Shown here in pieces: positions 27,375-41,314 of a stretch of 64,000 nt of DNA (positions are counted from its first letter, which is position 1; each line of letters opens with the position of its first letter). The stretch is from contig OZ316775.1 of the NCBI GenBank assembly GCA_973851085.1, positions 2,170,001 through 2,234,000 on the forward strand, written 5' to 3'. This DNA is from Ptychomitrium polyphyllum. Its lineage: Eukaryota. The notes beneath the pieces were generated by a model that ran no database searches, had not been told where the DNA came from, and saw only the letters and a list, made by a program, of their open reading frames with translations. The position numbers were made by a program, and so were the translations under genes.

Positions 27375-30046
27375 TGACGGTGGTACGACAGGAACAACGA
27401 TGCCACCATTTAGAATCAACAATCTTCAGACCTGTCATCGTTGACCACATTCTTTGTCATTTGATTTTATCAAACTTCGAAAAAAACTACATAATAACAT
27501 GATCTATACCATCGCCAGCACAATCAATAAAATAAAAACGCTCCCATTCTTTCTAAAGAATCATTACGAAGGTAAAACCCAATCATGTTACGCTTGGGTT
27601 TTACTCAGGGCAGAAATCGAACCTTAAAGAAAACCTGATATCAATAACAGGTACAAACATATATTCAAAAACATCAAAGGTAGTACAATAAGCAAGGATT
27701 CCTATGAATAATATGAATTTTGTACAAAGCTTCCAATATAAAATGCTAGGGTTGAACAAAGCTACAAAACTAAACCTAATTACTATGTGACTTACACGAG
27801 GCCTGAACCCTCTCGACATTTAAAGTGGAGTATACGCAAACTCTCTGCACTCAGAAAGAGGACGTGCCAGGCATTTTTGCTTGCAAAGAAGAAGTTTTGA
27901 CCAGCAGCCCCTGAACTGAAACATTCCAATGTACACTAGTGACATACCGACACAAGCTGAAGTGAACGTTGTCATGAACATCCGGCACTCCGGAACTACG
28001 ACTAATCCCTGAATTGCGACAAAGTACGAGAAAGGATGTGCACACCAACAACCAAACGAACCCTCGATCTCAGACAAAACCAAACACTCCAACCCACTGT
28101 TCCACAACGATGGGAGCAAAAAGAGGAAATGAAACAAGCCGTTCCTAAAAGCAAGAGAAACAGGCTCCAGTAACCGTTACGAAACGAAAACTGCACAGTT
28201 AGTAAGAAAACACAATCAATCATAGCAACCGCAAGCTCGCCAGTTGAGGTCATGGCAAGGCAAAGCACAGATGAGCCTGGCTGACGGTGAACCATTGCGG
28301 TTGACCAGTGAGAAGCTCACCAGGCAGGCTACTGGGCAGCTGCTGGCAGACCCCCGGTGCCGACGATGACGATGATGATGCAGCAGGCACTCCAGTATTA
28401 CTGTGCATGGCAATCCGCAGCGATGGAGACTGAGGGCATGCGGTGCACGAGAGCAGAAGCAGATCACGGTGACCACATAACGCACTTACTTCGCAAGCAG
28501 TGCGTGATTTATCTCGTCATCGTCTTTCGGGCGACAGCGCCCGCGCCTCCACGTGTCACCTCCGCGCAGCTCCGCAAGCCATCCTCGTCACGCCGATCAT
28601 GCCCGTGGCCCGGATCACCCGGTCACCCGGTTACCGGGCCTAACAAATACATGTTGAATTTTTCCTACAAACTAAGTCTAATATTTAAAATTCTAAAACC
28701 TCATCCTTAAGATTCTGTCCATAATAAAGTAGGATAAAAATTAAAATAAATTAGTCTTGATTTTCTTAATTCATTTCACTTCAACTTTAGATACATTGTA
28801 TTTAAAGTGGAAATTAAGACTAACTCATGATGATCTATATTTTATGCTTTTATGATATTTAAATTTTAAGAGCGTCTTCTTATTGAACATTAAATATTAA
28901 GAGCATATCAAGAACATGTCAAGCCAGTAGACATGGAAAATTAAGATAAATGGTCAAGTCATTTTCAAAACATTGTTTTATGAATTAAAGAATGTTATGA
29001 TAGGTGTTGGCTTGTATTATCTTGAACTATTCCAAGTCATAATTTTTGTAATCTTGGATAACTGTATTTTTAAGCCATCATTACGTCAAGAATTATTGCT
29101 CTCACAACACAAGCAACATCTAACCGCATGCTTATATAAATCACTCCAAACTTTGACTTCCGAGGGCGACAATCTCAAAACATCAAACAAGAACCTCAAC
29201 TGAACACACTCCTGGAAGAAAAGTGTCCCAACATGAGAACCAAGAGACAGATCTCTAACAACCTTAGTTCTAAAATAATCTCTTGACAAGCAATATCAAT
29301 AAGAAGAAATCTAGCATCACTAACAAGACCTGCATCACACGAAAAGGTTGCCAGGGCCGGGACTTACGGCTCAGGACCTCGACTATGGATGAGAGCGGCG
29401 AGGTAGGGCGTGACGTCCTCCATGTTCGCCCCAAGCGCGGCTTGTATGTGGTTCCCGAATCGTTCACACGTGAGGGCGGAGAGCTGGGGAACGGTGAGGC
29501 TGCCAGGCGGAGGGCGCCACGCGCGGAAGGCACCTTATCTATGGCCAGTGCGCTGCGCATGGCCGGGTCGGCCTCAGCCGCAGAGGCCCCTCTCTCTGAC
29601 CCTCGCCCTCACTCACACTCACACAGCCCCTCTGCACTGCACCAGCAGTCTACGACGTTGATGCCCCAGGATTCCACTGGTGCCCCTCATGCTCCAGTCC
29701 ATGGCGTGACCACAGTGGACGCCTCCTCTGCCCACTCCTGCACATACACAGACACGGAGTCTCGCCTGCGCGTTCGGAGCTCAACACCCAAATCCAAACT
29801 AGACCAGCGTATTCTTGGGATTGTTTTCTCTTTCTCTGTGTCGGACTCTGTGCCTCTTTTATTCTCTCTCTTCATTCACATTCACAGGCACGTTCGCTGC
29901 GGCGGTGACGGTCACGGTCACATTCAATTAGGTTTGGTTCGGGGACTGGAGTGGAGTCGGGTTTTTGTGGGGGTTGCAGCTCGCGCCACAGGCGTTTGTG
30001 AGGAGTGAGGGTTGAGGGTTGAGCGAAGGCAGTGGGGAGTTCCAGG

Positions 30047-31713
30047 ATGGCCATGCTGGTGCTGCCTGCTGCAAATGCGAAGGGGGTGCTGCAGCTCAAC
30101 CAGGATGGCCCGCGCTCTCCGCTGGTGTCTGCCACCGGGTCCATGTCCATGTCTGTTGTGGCAAGGGGCACATTCAGCAGCAGCAGCAATGGGGCTAGTG
30201 CGTCATCGGTGGTGCGACTGGACTCCGACCGGTTTGCTCCGAAGCTTAGGTTTGTGGCCTCATAGTCACCACGGTGAATTTTCTGGGTTTGGGAGCAATG
30301 GGGGCAGTTTGGGAGGGGCAGTCATTCTGTTCCGTCTCTTTTCGACAGTTTTGGAGCTCTTTGTGTTTGAAGCCGGGGTATTGGCTTCTGAGCCTGGGTT
30401 GGGGGTTTTGGGTGGTGGGTTTGTAGAGGGATGGCTGCAGTGGCAGCGACAAGAGGTGCCGCGAATTTAGGGTTGGCAATGCGGAACGTGAGAATTGGGA
30501 GGTCGAGTGCGTGGGGGACATCCACTGGGTTAGGGTCCGTGAGCCTGGTGGAGAGGAGGGTGCTCAAGAGGAGGGTTCAATCGGAGGAACGGCAGGCGGA
30601 GGAGCGGGAATCAGAGGAGCTAGTGGAGGAGAAAGAGGAGCAGACATTTCCAGAAAATGGTTTGTCGAATTGGCTCTACCCTCCCGAGGAGGAGCTTCCC
30701 GACGATAAAGAAATGACTATCTTTGATCATCTAGAAGAGCTTAGGGACCGACTTCTGATTTCCGTTGTAGCAGTTGGTATTGCCATCGTGGGCTGCTTTG
30801 CTTTTGCGAAGGATCTTATAGTTCTCCTCGAGAAGCCTGTATATTCCCTGGGAGTTCGATTTTTGGCGCTCTCACCCGGCGAGTATTTCTTCACAACCCT
30901 CAAGGTACGACTCCCTTACGACAGTGGCAGGATTTCGGAAGAATCATTGAGTGTGTGTAGTCGATTCTCTGGGCGTGGATGTGATGCTGTTGTGTGATGT
31001 GATGCAGGTTTCAGGTTACTGTGGACTTCTTCTTGGCAGTCCTGTAATATTGTACGAAATTATAGCGTTTGTTGTGCCTGGTTTAACTCGGAGCGAAAAG
31101 AGGTTGCTGGGACCTGTTGTGCTGGGATCCTCTTTCTTGTTCTATGCAGGTCTCGCGTTCTCGTATTCAATCCTCACTCCTGCTGCTCTCAGCTTCTTCG
31201 TCAACTATGCAGAAGGTGTAGTTGAATCGCTTTGGTCCATCGACCAATACTTCGAGTTTGTGTTGGTGCTCATGTTCAGCACTGGGCTATCCTTCCAGGT
31301 CAGACTCCGATTCTCACCTGGAGCTGTACACTATTGCTTGCTTTCTCTTCTGCATTCCAGTCCAGTGAGGTCTTTAACGTATCTGAATAGACAGTTCTCA
31401 AGATACTGAACTTCAAAGAGCACTTGAACAGTGGATTAGCACGCGGGCTTGATGCTTGTCTCTTGGACCTGTTCAGGTACCCGTAATTCAATTACTACTG
31501 GGGCAGACTGGGCTGGTATCTGGGGATCAAATGCTTTCCGTATGGAGATACGTTGTTGTTGGTGCCGTCATTGCAGCAGCTGTCTTGACTCCTTCCACGG
31601 ACCCCTTAACGCAATGCCTATTGGCTGGCCCTCTAATTGGCCTCTACATGGGTGGCGCTTTTGCCGTGAAGTTTCTTATAAATTCTAGTGAGCCTCTGAA
31701 TCTTGAAGACTAG
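30047..31713 (+). CDS. cpTatC: Chloroplast Sec-independent protein translocase TatC
   Basis: Exons 30047-30249 (Ser/Ala-rich transit-like), 30427-30904, 31008-31298, 31477-31713. Motifs [60 protein letters not shown]. Confidence 0.96.
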
Positions 31714-32035
31714 GAAAACTGTACTTATTATTCAGCCTTGTTCGCCATGGGGAGAATATTCTGCCCATACTGTAAGTTTAAATTACTCACCAAATAGCTT
31801 ATGACTCGAGCCATGCGGAAGGTGTTGATTATGTTACGACTTGGTTGTTGCGCGAAGACGAAGAAGTTCTGGTGTATAAGAGCACACTAGCTCAGTGTCT
31901 TTGCAAAATTTTAACATGCTTTGAGGCATTTTAACTGTATAATCCAAACTTTTCCATGCATGTGCCGTATATCCTCAATGTCGGGGTTGGGTTCTTTCTG
32001 TATTTATGCTCAAGATAATTTGGGAAACTCTGCTG

Positions 32036-35000
32036 TCATGCCATGAATTCAGCCGTATACATCTGGTCAGCCACAGTTTCGCAAAACTCCGCCAATTCCG
32101 AAGCTACCTCTTTCACTGCTTGGTCAATAAGCTTGTCAGCTAACCTGCATGGATACCCACATGCTTGAGTTATTGATTTGATCTCAGGGTTTCATCGACG
32201 ATAGCAGCAAGAACAGTTGTGGCTTAAGTTTGTTCACTATATAGCATGTATTTAGAGTAACAGCTCTGTTTGTTAAGGAATTATTCTAAACATTCACATT
32301 TCTCTGAAGTCATGTGTTGTCGTCTCGCAATGCTTTTCTTCTACAAGTTCATTGTGAACTCGTGGGCACAATGTTGTAAGGGAGTAGAACTTCAAGACGA
32401 ATTATGTATTTACTGTACCTTTCAATCCCTCGTTGCGCAGAAATATTTGACCAATTCCTCTTTATTCTTGTCTTTTTATCTTCATGTTCCTCATTGTGGA
32501 GTTCCACCACAGGGGCCATCATTGGAAATTCTTCCTGTGCGTTGGTCTGGGGCGGAGCTCCAGCTTGAAGATTGGCCACTATCGGTGTCTTGATCTGGCG
32601 TAAGAGGTCAGAAGCCGCTTCTAACTCCTGCCTGGGCTGGAATCGTGTCATGATCTTGCATACTTGGTCTTTGAGATGTGTAACAATTCCACATACTTGG
32701 TGTTCGACTGTGATGCTGGTGCTCAATGTGTGGGGTTGCAGCTTAAATCGATTATGCTCTTGCAGCGCATGCAGACCACCGTGCCCTGTTTTGCATTTAG
32801 GTGACTTTCTGAGAGTCAAGTGTTCTAGTTCATCAACAGTGCTCAGGTTACGGGGGTTTTCCCTCTTATGGACATGTCCGTACGCTTTCTGAAGTTCTTT
32901 CATCTTTTGGCGGTGTTCCTCCTGATGATTCTTCCTGTACAATTAGGACGATGAGTATGTCAAATCCAGAGGGCTATCTACTTAAGGGTTTTCTAGGTGC
33001 CTCGTACTTAAACTAGAGCTAATAGAGATACTAGATCTAGAACCTTAGAGGTGATGGTGGTGAAGGTGGTGCAGTTCGTAGCTGTAAAGTCCGCTTCAGT
33101 GCAACTGTCATGGATCACCCACCTCATCAGCTATTTTCACTATCAAAGCTGTCAGCTTTAGCTTAGAATATAGAATTATTATTTTCCGAGGCTATTGGAT
33201 GAGTGCAAATAATATTGACGCAGAGATAATGTCGTGTGTTACTTTGTGTAGATTTACGTACATGTCAAACTACACCAGTGTACGAAGGATATGAGATTAC
33301 CATCGTCTTGTTGGGCCATGCATTCTGAAGTACACTTCGTTCTTCTTGACTGTATTTCCTCTGTCATCCTTCTTAGGGATTTGTTACTAGACTGAGGAGA
33401 ACGACGTTTGATCGGATATCCTGTGATTATCTTGATTGGTGACTTCCTTGTGGTCTTCTCTGTGTCCTTCTTTGGGCGCATTGCTTCTATTTCAAATGCA
33501 CTATAAGGACGTCTAAGAGCTGGCCACCACTCAGGTTTCCGACGTGCTTTGCCTCCTAATCTGTCAATTGGGATTTGTTTCTGCCCTGTCTTATCCAGTA
33601 GGGTTCTAGGATCATAGACTGTATAAAGTTGCGGCTTGGATGAGAAGTTGGCCGGTGCACTTTTGGATTTTGTTGTCTGAAGAGGTTTATCAGATTTTGG
33701 CCACCACTCTACTAGCTTGCGAGTTCTAAAATCTTCAGCATGATATTCGTGTTTTGGCTTGCCACGGTGGGATTCAAAATGACGAGGTGAACGTTTGGGT
33801 CCATATGCCAAGGAGTTGGCTGCTGCCCTTTCTGGCCTTGGTTTAACAATAAAATGTTTATCAGGTGGCCACAACTCTGATTTCTCGGGGGCTTTTACAC
33901 TGGATTCATGTACTGCAGAATTTTCTCCTTTTGATTTGTCAAGGACAGATTCGAGTACTTCGTGGTGTGCGAGTTGTGACCTTGCTGCCAACTCGTTGCT
34001 TGGTGCACCTCCATACTCTCTATTGGAAAGAGGTTCATCAAGATTGGCCTCGATTTTGTCTGAAGATACCCTTAGCATTTGTGTCTCCGATGCCCTCAGG
34101 GAATTGGAGGTATTCTGGATATATATGGAATCTAAGACACCTGTTTGGGCTCCAGAAGCAGATGTTATTTCTATCTCTTCAGGGGTAAGCCACTTTGCCC
34201 TAAGTTCTTCTTCCTGAACATTTCACCAATTTTAAAGTTAAAAATTGACTTGGCGATGGTCGCCACACTCTTATATTGATTCTGGTCTGACAACTTTGCA
34301 CCCTGCCTGCTGTGATGGCTGTTTATCATGAAAACTAGACAGGTTATTGTCATGCGAATGTTAGAAATTCCACATGCTTGATGTTTGTAGTATATGGTTG
34401 CCCCATGCTAGAGCGCTCATTCATTTTTAAGTTCAAACAAGCTAAGATGCGTAGGTACATTTAACTTACAAATTTTTGAAGGTTACTGAGGTATTGTCCG
34501 AGAGGCTCGGCCCAGCGTTGAAGGACGTCTACTGTACTTTGTTCTCGTAAATTTTCACCGTCTTCTTCTGAATGCTCTATCCCTGTGTGTTCTCGCCTTG
34601 TTGAAGTCTGTTGATCATATAAGGGAGGTTTAAGAAACCAAGTTGAAGCTGAGTTTATGATCATTCTTTTTACTCATTCTTATATGATTCAACTCAAGTT
34701 CTTAATTAAGTGAACATGGAAAGTGTGATATTTACCAGGGATTAGTTTTTCAAAGGAATGTTTCAGTTTTGGTTCAGTTTGACAACTTCACTCGAGAATG
34801 TAAGGATATTATAATACTTACAATTAATACCTGTGACGAATGATCAACGAGCGACTTCGCAAAATCCCCACTCCGATCTCGTGCTGTAATATTTAATTTT
34901 GCACCTTTTCGTAGGCTTCTCCGCGTCTGTATTGCAACATCCCTGCACACACCTTCTTCGAAACGTTCTTACATCAGCTTAGTAAAAATGACAACGTCAA

Positions 35001-36135
35001 TATCTCAAATTTTATAGTTTTGGAGGTCCGTAATGCACCCATACAATATCTCAAATTTTATGGTTTTGGAGGTCCGTAATGCACCCATACAGCCGCTTTT
35101 ACGGTATCTACTGAAGACCTAATTACAAAGGGGAGATAACATTGCGGGAGAAACAGATCAACTAATGAGCAAGAGTTTCCAACTTATTACCATCTTCTGT
35201 GTCCATTTTGCTACACCCTCCCCTGAGCTGGCCTAAGGAATTCGTCGGCTGGCACAAAGAGCTGGATGTCCGTTCTGCAGTTTGAGAACAGGAGTTGGAG
35301 AACTCATCAGCGTCGAAAGTCTCATCATTACGAAAGCTTTGTTGCTTTGAGAAATCTGTCCATTCTCTGAAGCTGCAAGGGGCTAGAACTTCAGTTAGAT
35401 TTCGATTCGGACGTGCTGTACAGCTGCGTTCAAGCTGTTGATCATTTCGACAATCGGCTCTGTGATCGGATTTATGCCATGAGAAGGTTGGCTTTCGCCC
35501 CAGCTTGTGAACCAGACCACCCTTCTGAGTCGAATCCTTCTTCTTGGCGTCATGATTTGCAATCGCATTGAGTAGCAATTTCTGAAGGTCAGCATCCTGC
35601 AGACGTGCCTGACGAGATTTTACGACTCGAAATGTTTACCCTGCGATTCAGGTATCTCTACTACAAAATACCAAGTGTGTATCACAACATCCAAGCAGAG
35701 TGTAGGCACAATAGAGAAATACTCAAATACCTTATCCAAAATGACACTCAAGGAACAGAGTTTGATACGAACCAGTGTTGATAAAAAGCAGAGGAGATCG
35801 CTAAATTCTGAACCTCTATGAGAATGAACCATATCATCACTACACCGGCTAGAGTAATAGGCCTTTCTCCTCCCCTTAGGACCATTGACACTCTTCTTCT
35901 TCCTCACCTTCGTTTCCGCCACCACCTGCTCGCCAGGCGGACCTGGCGCTGGTTGAACTAAATCAGGACTACACTCAGTCAGCCAAATGTAACGATCAAC
36001 ATCTTGCCATGCCAGCAATGCGATGGAGGAAAGGTCCCTGTCTCCTTTGTCAACCTCATCGCGAATACGCACTCCTTCCCAATGCCGCTGCATTGCTGCT
36101 CTCAAATCACTGATGGCGCCTGCTCTTCCAAGTTC
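32036..36135 (-). CDS. Large multi-exon protein with a Moonraker/KIAA0753-like C-terminal helix (5' end uncertain)
   Basis: Coding exons at about 36135-35830, 35597-35190, 34943-34831, 34607-34468, 34214-33300, then 33104-33044, 32934-32419, 32144-32036. The last four join in frame and end IERLADKLIDQAVKEVASELAEFCETVADQMYTAEFMA*. Confidence 0.65.
34998..35090. repeat. Intronic 46-bp tandem duplication
   Basis: caatatctcaaattttat(a/g)gttttggaggtccgtaatgcacccata occurs twice in tandem with one mismatch. Confidence 0.92.
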
Positions 36136-37566
36136 TTGCAGCGTGAAAAGAAAAACGATTAGAATGCGTTTCGTAAGCTCCTTCGCGTTAGTGCTACTAA
36201 ACATTATAACCCAACCCCTCGCATCGGTGCTCTGTCACAGCATACGATCCGGTCTACAGATTTAGATTACGGGTTCCGTTCCTACAGAGAGAAATTTGAC
36301 TTCACGCATATGACAGGATCTGCCGGCAACACTGTTAACAGTCAATCGGCTTTCACAATCATGAAAAACAGTGACCAATCTGATTCATTGATGTGAAATA
36401 GGGTCTTGTAGAGTAGCGCTACCTGTTCCCGCCCAGAACGTTATGGTCAAGACTTGAAAGCATAATTCGTGTGAGTTCTGCCGCCTTCACATCTTCGAGG
36501 CTCACACACAACTTTTACCAAACGAACCGTATCGAATCCTACTGAAATATGATTGAAATGTGATATCATGCTCAACAAAACCTATCACTGCACACAATCG
36601 ATCATCGAGACGCAAGAGTTGCAGAAATTTCAGAAACAAACGAGAATACTTACAATGAATAATCTGACCACACAATCTTCCAAATTGGCCGGCGACCAGG
36701 ATAACAAGCAGGTGATGGTCAGTAACGCTCCTCCCCCTGTTTTGAAGTGTCAACTGCACCGTTTGAATTGAATGCGTTCAAAGTGCTTTCGAACACAACG
36801 AACGTTGATTCAAAGTTGATGGTAGATTTGAACAAGGTTTTGTGAGACGTATGTTTGCGACCCGGCGCTTTCAAATGCTGTACGCTATGTCAAGAAGAGC
36901 TATTCTTGGATTCCTGATCAATGCAAGAAAAGGAAACTCTCAGCACAAGCCAGTGTTCAAATAGTGCATCCTCTTGTAGTCAAGATTTGTGACGTGTGAC
37001 TCTCACCGTTTTGGATGGCATACGAGGTCGGCGATTAGTATGTTCTGGTAATTCCCGCTGAATCCAAACCAGCGTTGCAGGTTAGCATCGTTGAATTCAT
37101 TGCTGCAAACGCCACCCACGTGAAATGGTCTGGAGTATTTAATGTAAATTCTCGGCGTAGGTTTTTGAGTTGTTAGATGGTCAGATTATCTCGACTGGTG
37201 GTCTGTTACTGGAATCATGTAAAGATTGCGCACGGAGATCAGACTAGATTTGAATCCACAGAAATTCAAATTACAACGTGTAAGAGCGATGGGTCTAGTA
37301 ATACAGAATTTGATGCCCAATTAGCCTCACAACAACATGGGCAGTGTAGCAAGAGTTGGACTATAGTCCACGGTATGCATGTGGATTTAGAGGAACTGGT
37401 CAGTTCAAGTGCAAATTTTTGAACAGGAATTAAAAAAAAACCCTGTGTTCAAATTTAATGTTGAAAAGAATTTACAATACGTGCAACTCATGGCATGAGA
37501 TATCACAGAATCAAAAGAAATGCGTCAAACCTAATCAATCACATTTGCACCAGCTGGACCGAGAGA

Positions 37567-40500
37567 TCACACTTCATTATTTACAACCTTCTCTCCTCGG
37601 ACAAAGCCAGCATCACCTGCTGAACCATTAACATGTACCGGAGGCACAATTGCACTACCAGAAGGATTAAGTACAGCATCTTCAACCTTGTCGTTTGTAA
37701 CATCAACACCTCTAGGTTCCACCAAGATATTCTTTGAAAATGATGTCAAGGATGGTCCCGCTGGATCATCACTAACAGGGAAGTCCTTCTCAGGCGGCCG
37801 GCTCCAGAAATAACACGCTGCGTCGACCCATCTTGGGTGAACCAGGAAAACTCCATGTTCCTTTGCCCACAATGCCTTGTCTGTTGCTAGATTTAAAGCC
37901 ACTACATGCGTGGTTGTATGGTCACATGAAGTACTGCATCGAGCACCTAGCTCAGTCGGCAACTGCCAGAGAGGATGAATTTCTGGACTTAAGACGATGT
38001 TGCAGCCTGCTAGTAGCTTGGCACGAATCCTACGAATGACCTGAAAAAAGTAAATACAGGTGTTAAAATCGTCATAATCATCAAGCAAAATTACGTATAC
38101 ATCAGACACAAAGACATGCTGGATGGGTTAGGACTCTAAAAACTATTCCCATAGAAGTCTGGTTCATTCACTTCCTATAGAAGCTGCAAATTCCATAGAG
38201 GTGGTGAAATAACAACCAGGAGAGTCCTGATATCAGAGTAGTTGCTGCCCCATGAAACATGATAATGTAACGAGGTTGATTCCTTCAACTAAAAACTTAA
38301 GTTAATCATACGAACACATAGAATACGTAAAATAAGGAGTACCTGTCGAACATCCGCAATTTCCGAGAGAGGCTTTCGCTTCATATTCTGAAAAACAACT
38401 TAATTGTCAGGGCCAAAACCAGCGTTTACTATCTCCGAAATTCCCACGCTCATGTTCTAATTTGAACGTATCAATCAGTAAACTTGTCACATGAAGTTCA
38501 ATTATAAACTAGTATGATAAAAGTTTGATAATCTCTATCTGCCATATAACGATTGACCATTCCAATAAACTGTTCTATATACAGTTAGCAAATAAGATGA
38601 CCATTCTATACAAGCTGCACTAATATGAATAACAAGCAGCTTCATTAAGTAGTGATTCGCTTTCTCAAGCAGCAAGTCCTAATGGTTCTGAAATATACAA
38701 GAATGGTTAAACAAAACAAAGAAATGCAAGTAAAAACTTGTGCTTCATTGTATAGGAAAGAACGTAACAAAATACCAAATCCAACATCCCTCTTAACACT
38801 TAAAGTAACAACAGTAAATTGAGTTGTTTACCTGACCCCCGTCCCCATTGAAGTATTCATGATGTATTGCACGTAGAGCTCTAAGAGTTGTGGCAAGAGT
38901 GCCCTCAGTTTCACTTTCGTCTCTATGCAGTTGTGCCAAAGAGGGCGCCCTTACACCAAATTGAACACAACTTGACGTGAAAAAATGGTACCGTTCCATC
39001 AAGATTAAATTTGACCTATGGTTGGGCCACACCTACAAAATCATAGAAAACAGCCTTTTAATCTCCTAGAATGACAAATAACTTGCACGCGTGCACATTA
39101 GAAAAAACGAAAACGACCCGAAAAATAAATAAAATGAAGCTTGCTTGGTAAGATATACACACTAAACAGTGATAAGGCGAAACAATACCCCTTCAGTGTC
39201 GTCAAGGATCACCACTGCTGAATCTGCTCCAAGGACTACATCAAGATCCTTTGTCAATCGCTTGGTGCTGTCAGTCTGCGAAATAATGCGATCTCCAAAA
39301 AGTTGACCGGTAGGATCCAGTAGTGATGCCATAGCCAATGCATATACTCGTTCACCCATGGTGTAAACGTACATTTCATACAACTCGCTAGCCTCCTCCA
39401 AAAATTTATGTGCAAAAGGCCTCAACTTTGTCCACATTCCTAACCTAGATAACTGGTGTAAACTGCTCACTCCCCCTTGCTGCTCACCTGCAATCCCAAG
39501 TCCTGCAAGGATTCATATCAGTGGCTCCAAGAGTTTCACCTGTATGATAGCATGATAAAACAAATCATCTCAAACAATTTTTTGCTTCAGAGAACAGTCG
39601 TTGCAAAATAAAGTGACATAATGACGATGGTTAAATTACATACCCACATTCGCTTCACTGCTATTAATTGAATTGGGTCGAAGGTAAGTGGTTGACAAGT
39701 AAATTCTTTCCTCTGCAGATACTTCTGAAAACCGTGCAGAGTTGAGCACGGTGTGGTCTAGATCAACAACCAGCAATAACTTTTGCTTCGCATTAACTCG
39801 TTTAAGCTCGAAATCCCGCACGCGTGATGCCTCTAATTCTGAAACCTCTAATCCCTGATACACAAGATCAGGACCCCATGTTTTCTCAGTACATACCTAC
39901 ACCGATTCCTTGTCTGTGCACATGCACATCCTAATGAGTATGACAATCGAGAAATACAATACAAATAATAAAATAATAAAATGGACAAGTGTATTTTCCC
40001 GGGTAGCTCCCCTTCATTGCAATGAGCATCAATTATATAACACAAACATACACGAAATCACTTTATACTAACCATGATTCTCAAATTCAAATAATATAAT
40101 ACATGCAAAAGTCAGTTTATTACGTAGGAGTGCTTCGTGAAATACTATACCTCATGGATATACCGCAGTCCTACATGAGTTTGGACTGGATCGTTTGTTG
40201 GTATTGTGGACTTCCTCTCTCCACACCGAATGCAAACATCCCATATGAATCCTGGGTGAGGTGGGCATTTATTATTGGCTCCCATATCTGCTCAAAACCA
40301 ACCATAAACACACATTTAAGAAGTCCTGCAAAATTGCTTATACCCTTCCTTTGTTATGGCAAACAACCATTACAATATATTCAACTCTTCAAATCAAGAT
40401 ACACCGTCCACATAAATGAGTCAACAGAGAGTAAGATAATCTAATCCAACGCTAATTAGTAGTAATTAGACTCTCTTATCCTTCCAGCACCTCTATGAGT

Positions 40501-41314
40501 CTGTCCTTGAAGTAGCATATCTGTGCACAAAGCGGTAAAGAATGCTACACATGGGATGCTGTTCCCAATACAATAAGGCAGTAATTTTGGTTTGTATACA
40601 ATACGGAGCAAGTACTACGAATATCTTTCCTAAACAAAAAAACAATTCCATATGAATTTTGCGCAGATGACGATTACAGAAGTTCGACGAGATAATACCT
40701 GAGATAGTTGGCGACTCTGAATCATCTTCACGTCTTCTTTTTCGACTATCATCCCACTTAGACGTTGAACAACATAAGAAGAGGACATATGAACATACTG
40801 ATCAAGACCAGATAAAATCCAATCTTCCGAGGACTAAAACAAAAGAGTAAAGTTAATAAATCCTACAAGAACAGTGAATTTGCAACGTCTCCCCAAATGG
40901 ATAATCTAACGGCCATTATTGAATAGAGAATAGTATTGTGACCAAATGAACTGATTGTGCACATGAACAACCGGAATAAATGCACAATAACGCATTACAA
41001 ATTTACCTCAATTCCTCCAATAGATCCCTATCACTTTCAACATTCACATGTTCTTCTTGATCCTCCAAAATGTCAACATCAGATTCCTCTTCGACCTCCC
41101 CGCTGCCTTCTTCACTGGAATGATCCTGCAGATCAGAAGATCCTCCACCGTTGTCTAGTTCAGGTGATCCCAGAGCATCGCCTTCCAGCACGTCAGGTGA
41201 TGAATGCCTGTCTGCAAGTAGCTCAGCATCAAGCAAAGCTGCAAAATCATCACTACTGGATGATGGTGACGGAGATGGTGTCAGCGCCGGTGACTGCGAC
41301 CCGTCTAAGCTCAT
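37567..41314 (-). CDS. CPL4: RNA polymerase II CTD phosphatase-like 4 (FCP1 family, FCPH + BRCT)
   Basis: N-terminal SSSSDDFAALLDAEL; CPPHPGFIWDVCIRCG exon (about 40288-40151); catalytic LVVDLDHTVLNS (DxDxT); TKLRPF; YTMGERVYA; VILDDTEGVWPNH; LMERYHFF; BRCT THVVA..VHPRWVDAA. Some small-exon boundaries are unresolved. Confidence 0.93.

Noticed and set aside
29283..30008. 241-aa ORF upstream of TatC
   Set aside because: TTG start and no recognisable domain; it spans GC-rich promoter/5'UTR sequence of TatC.
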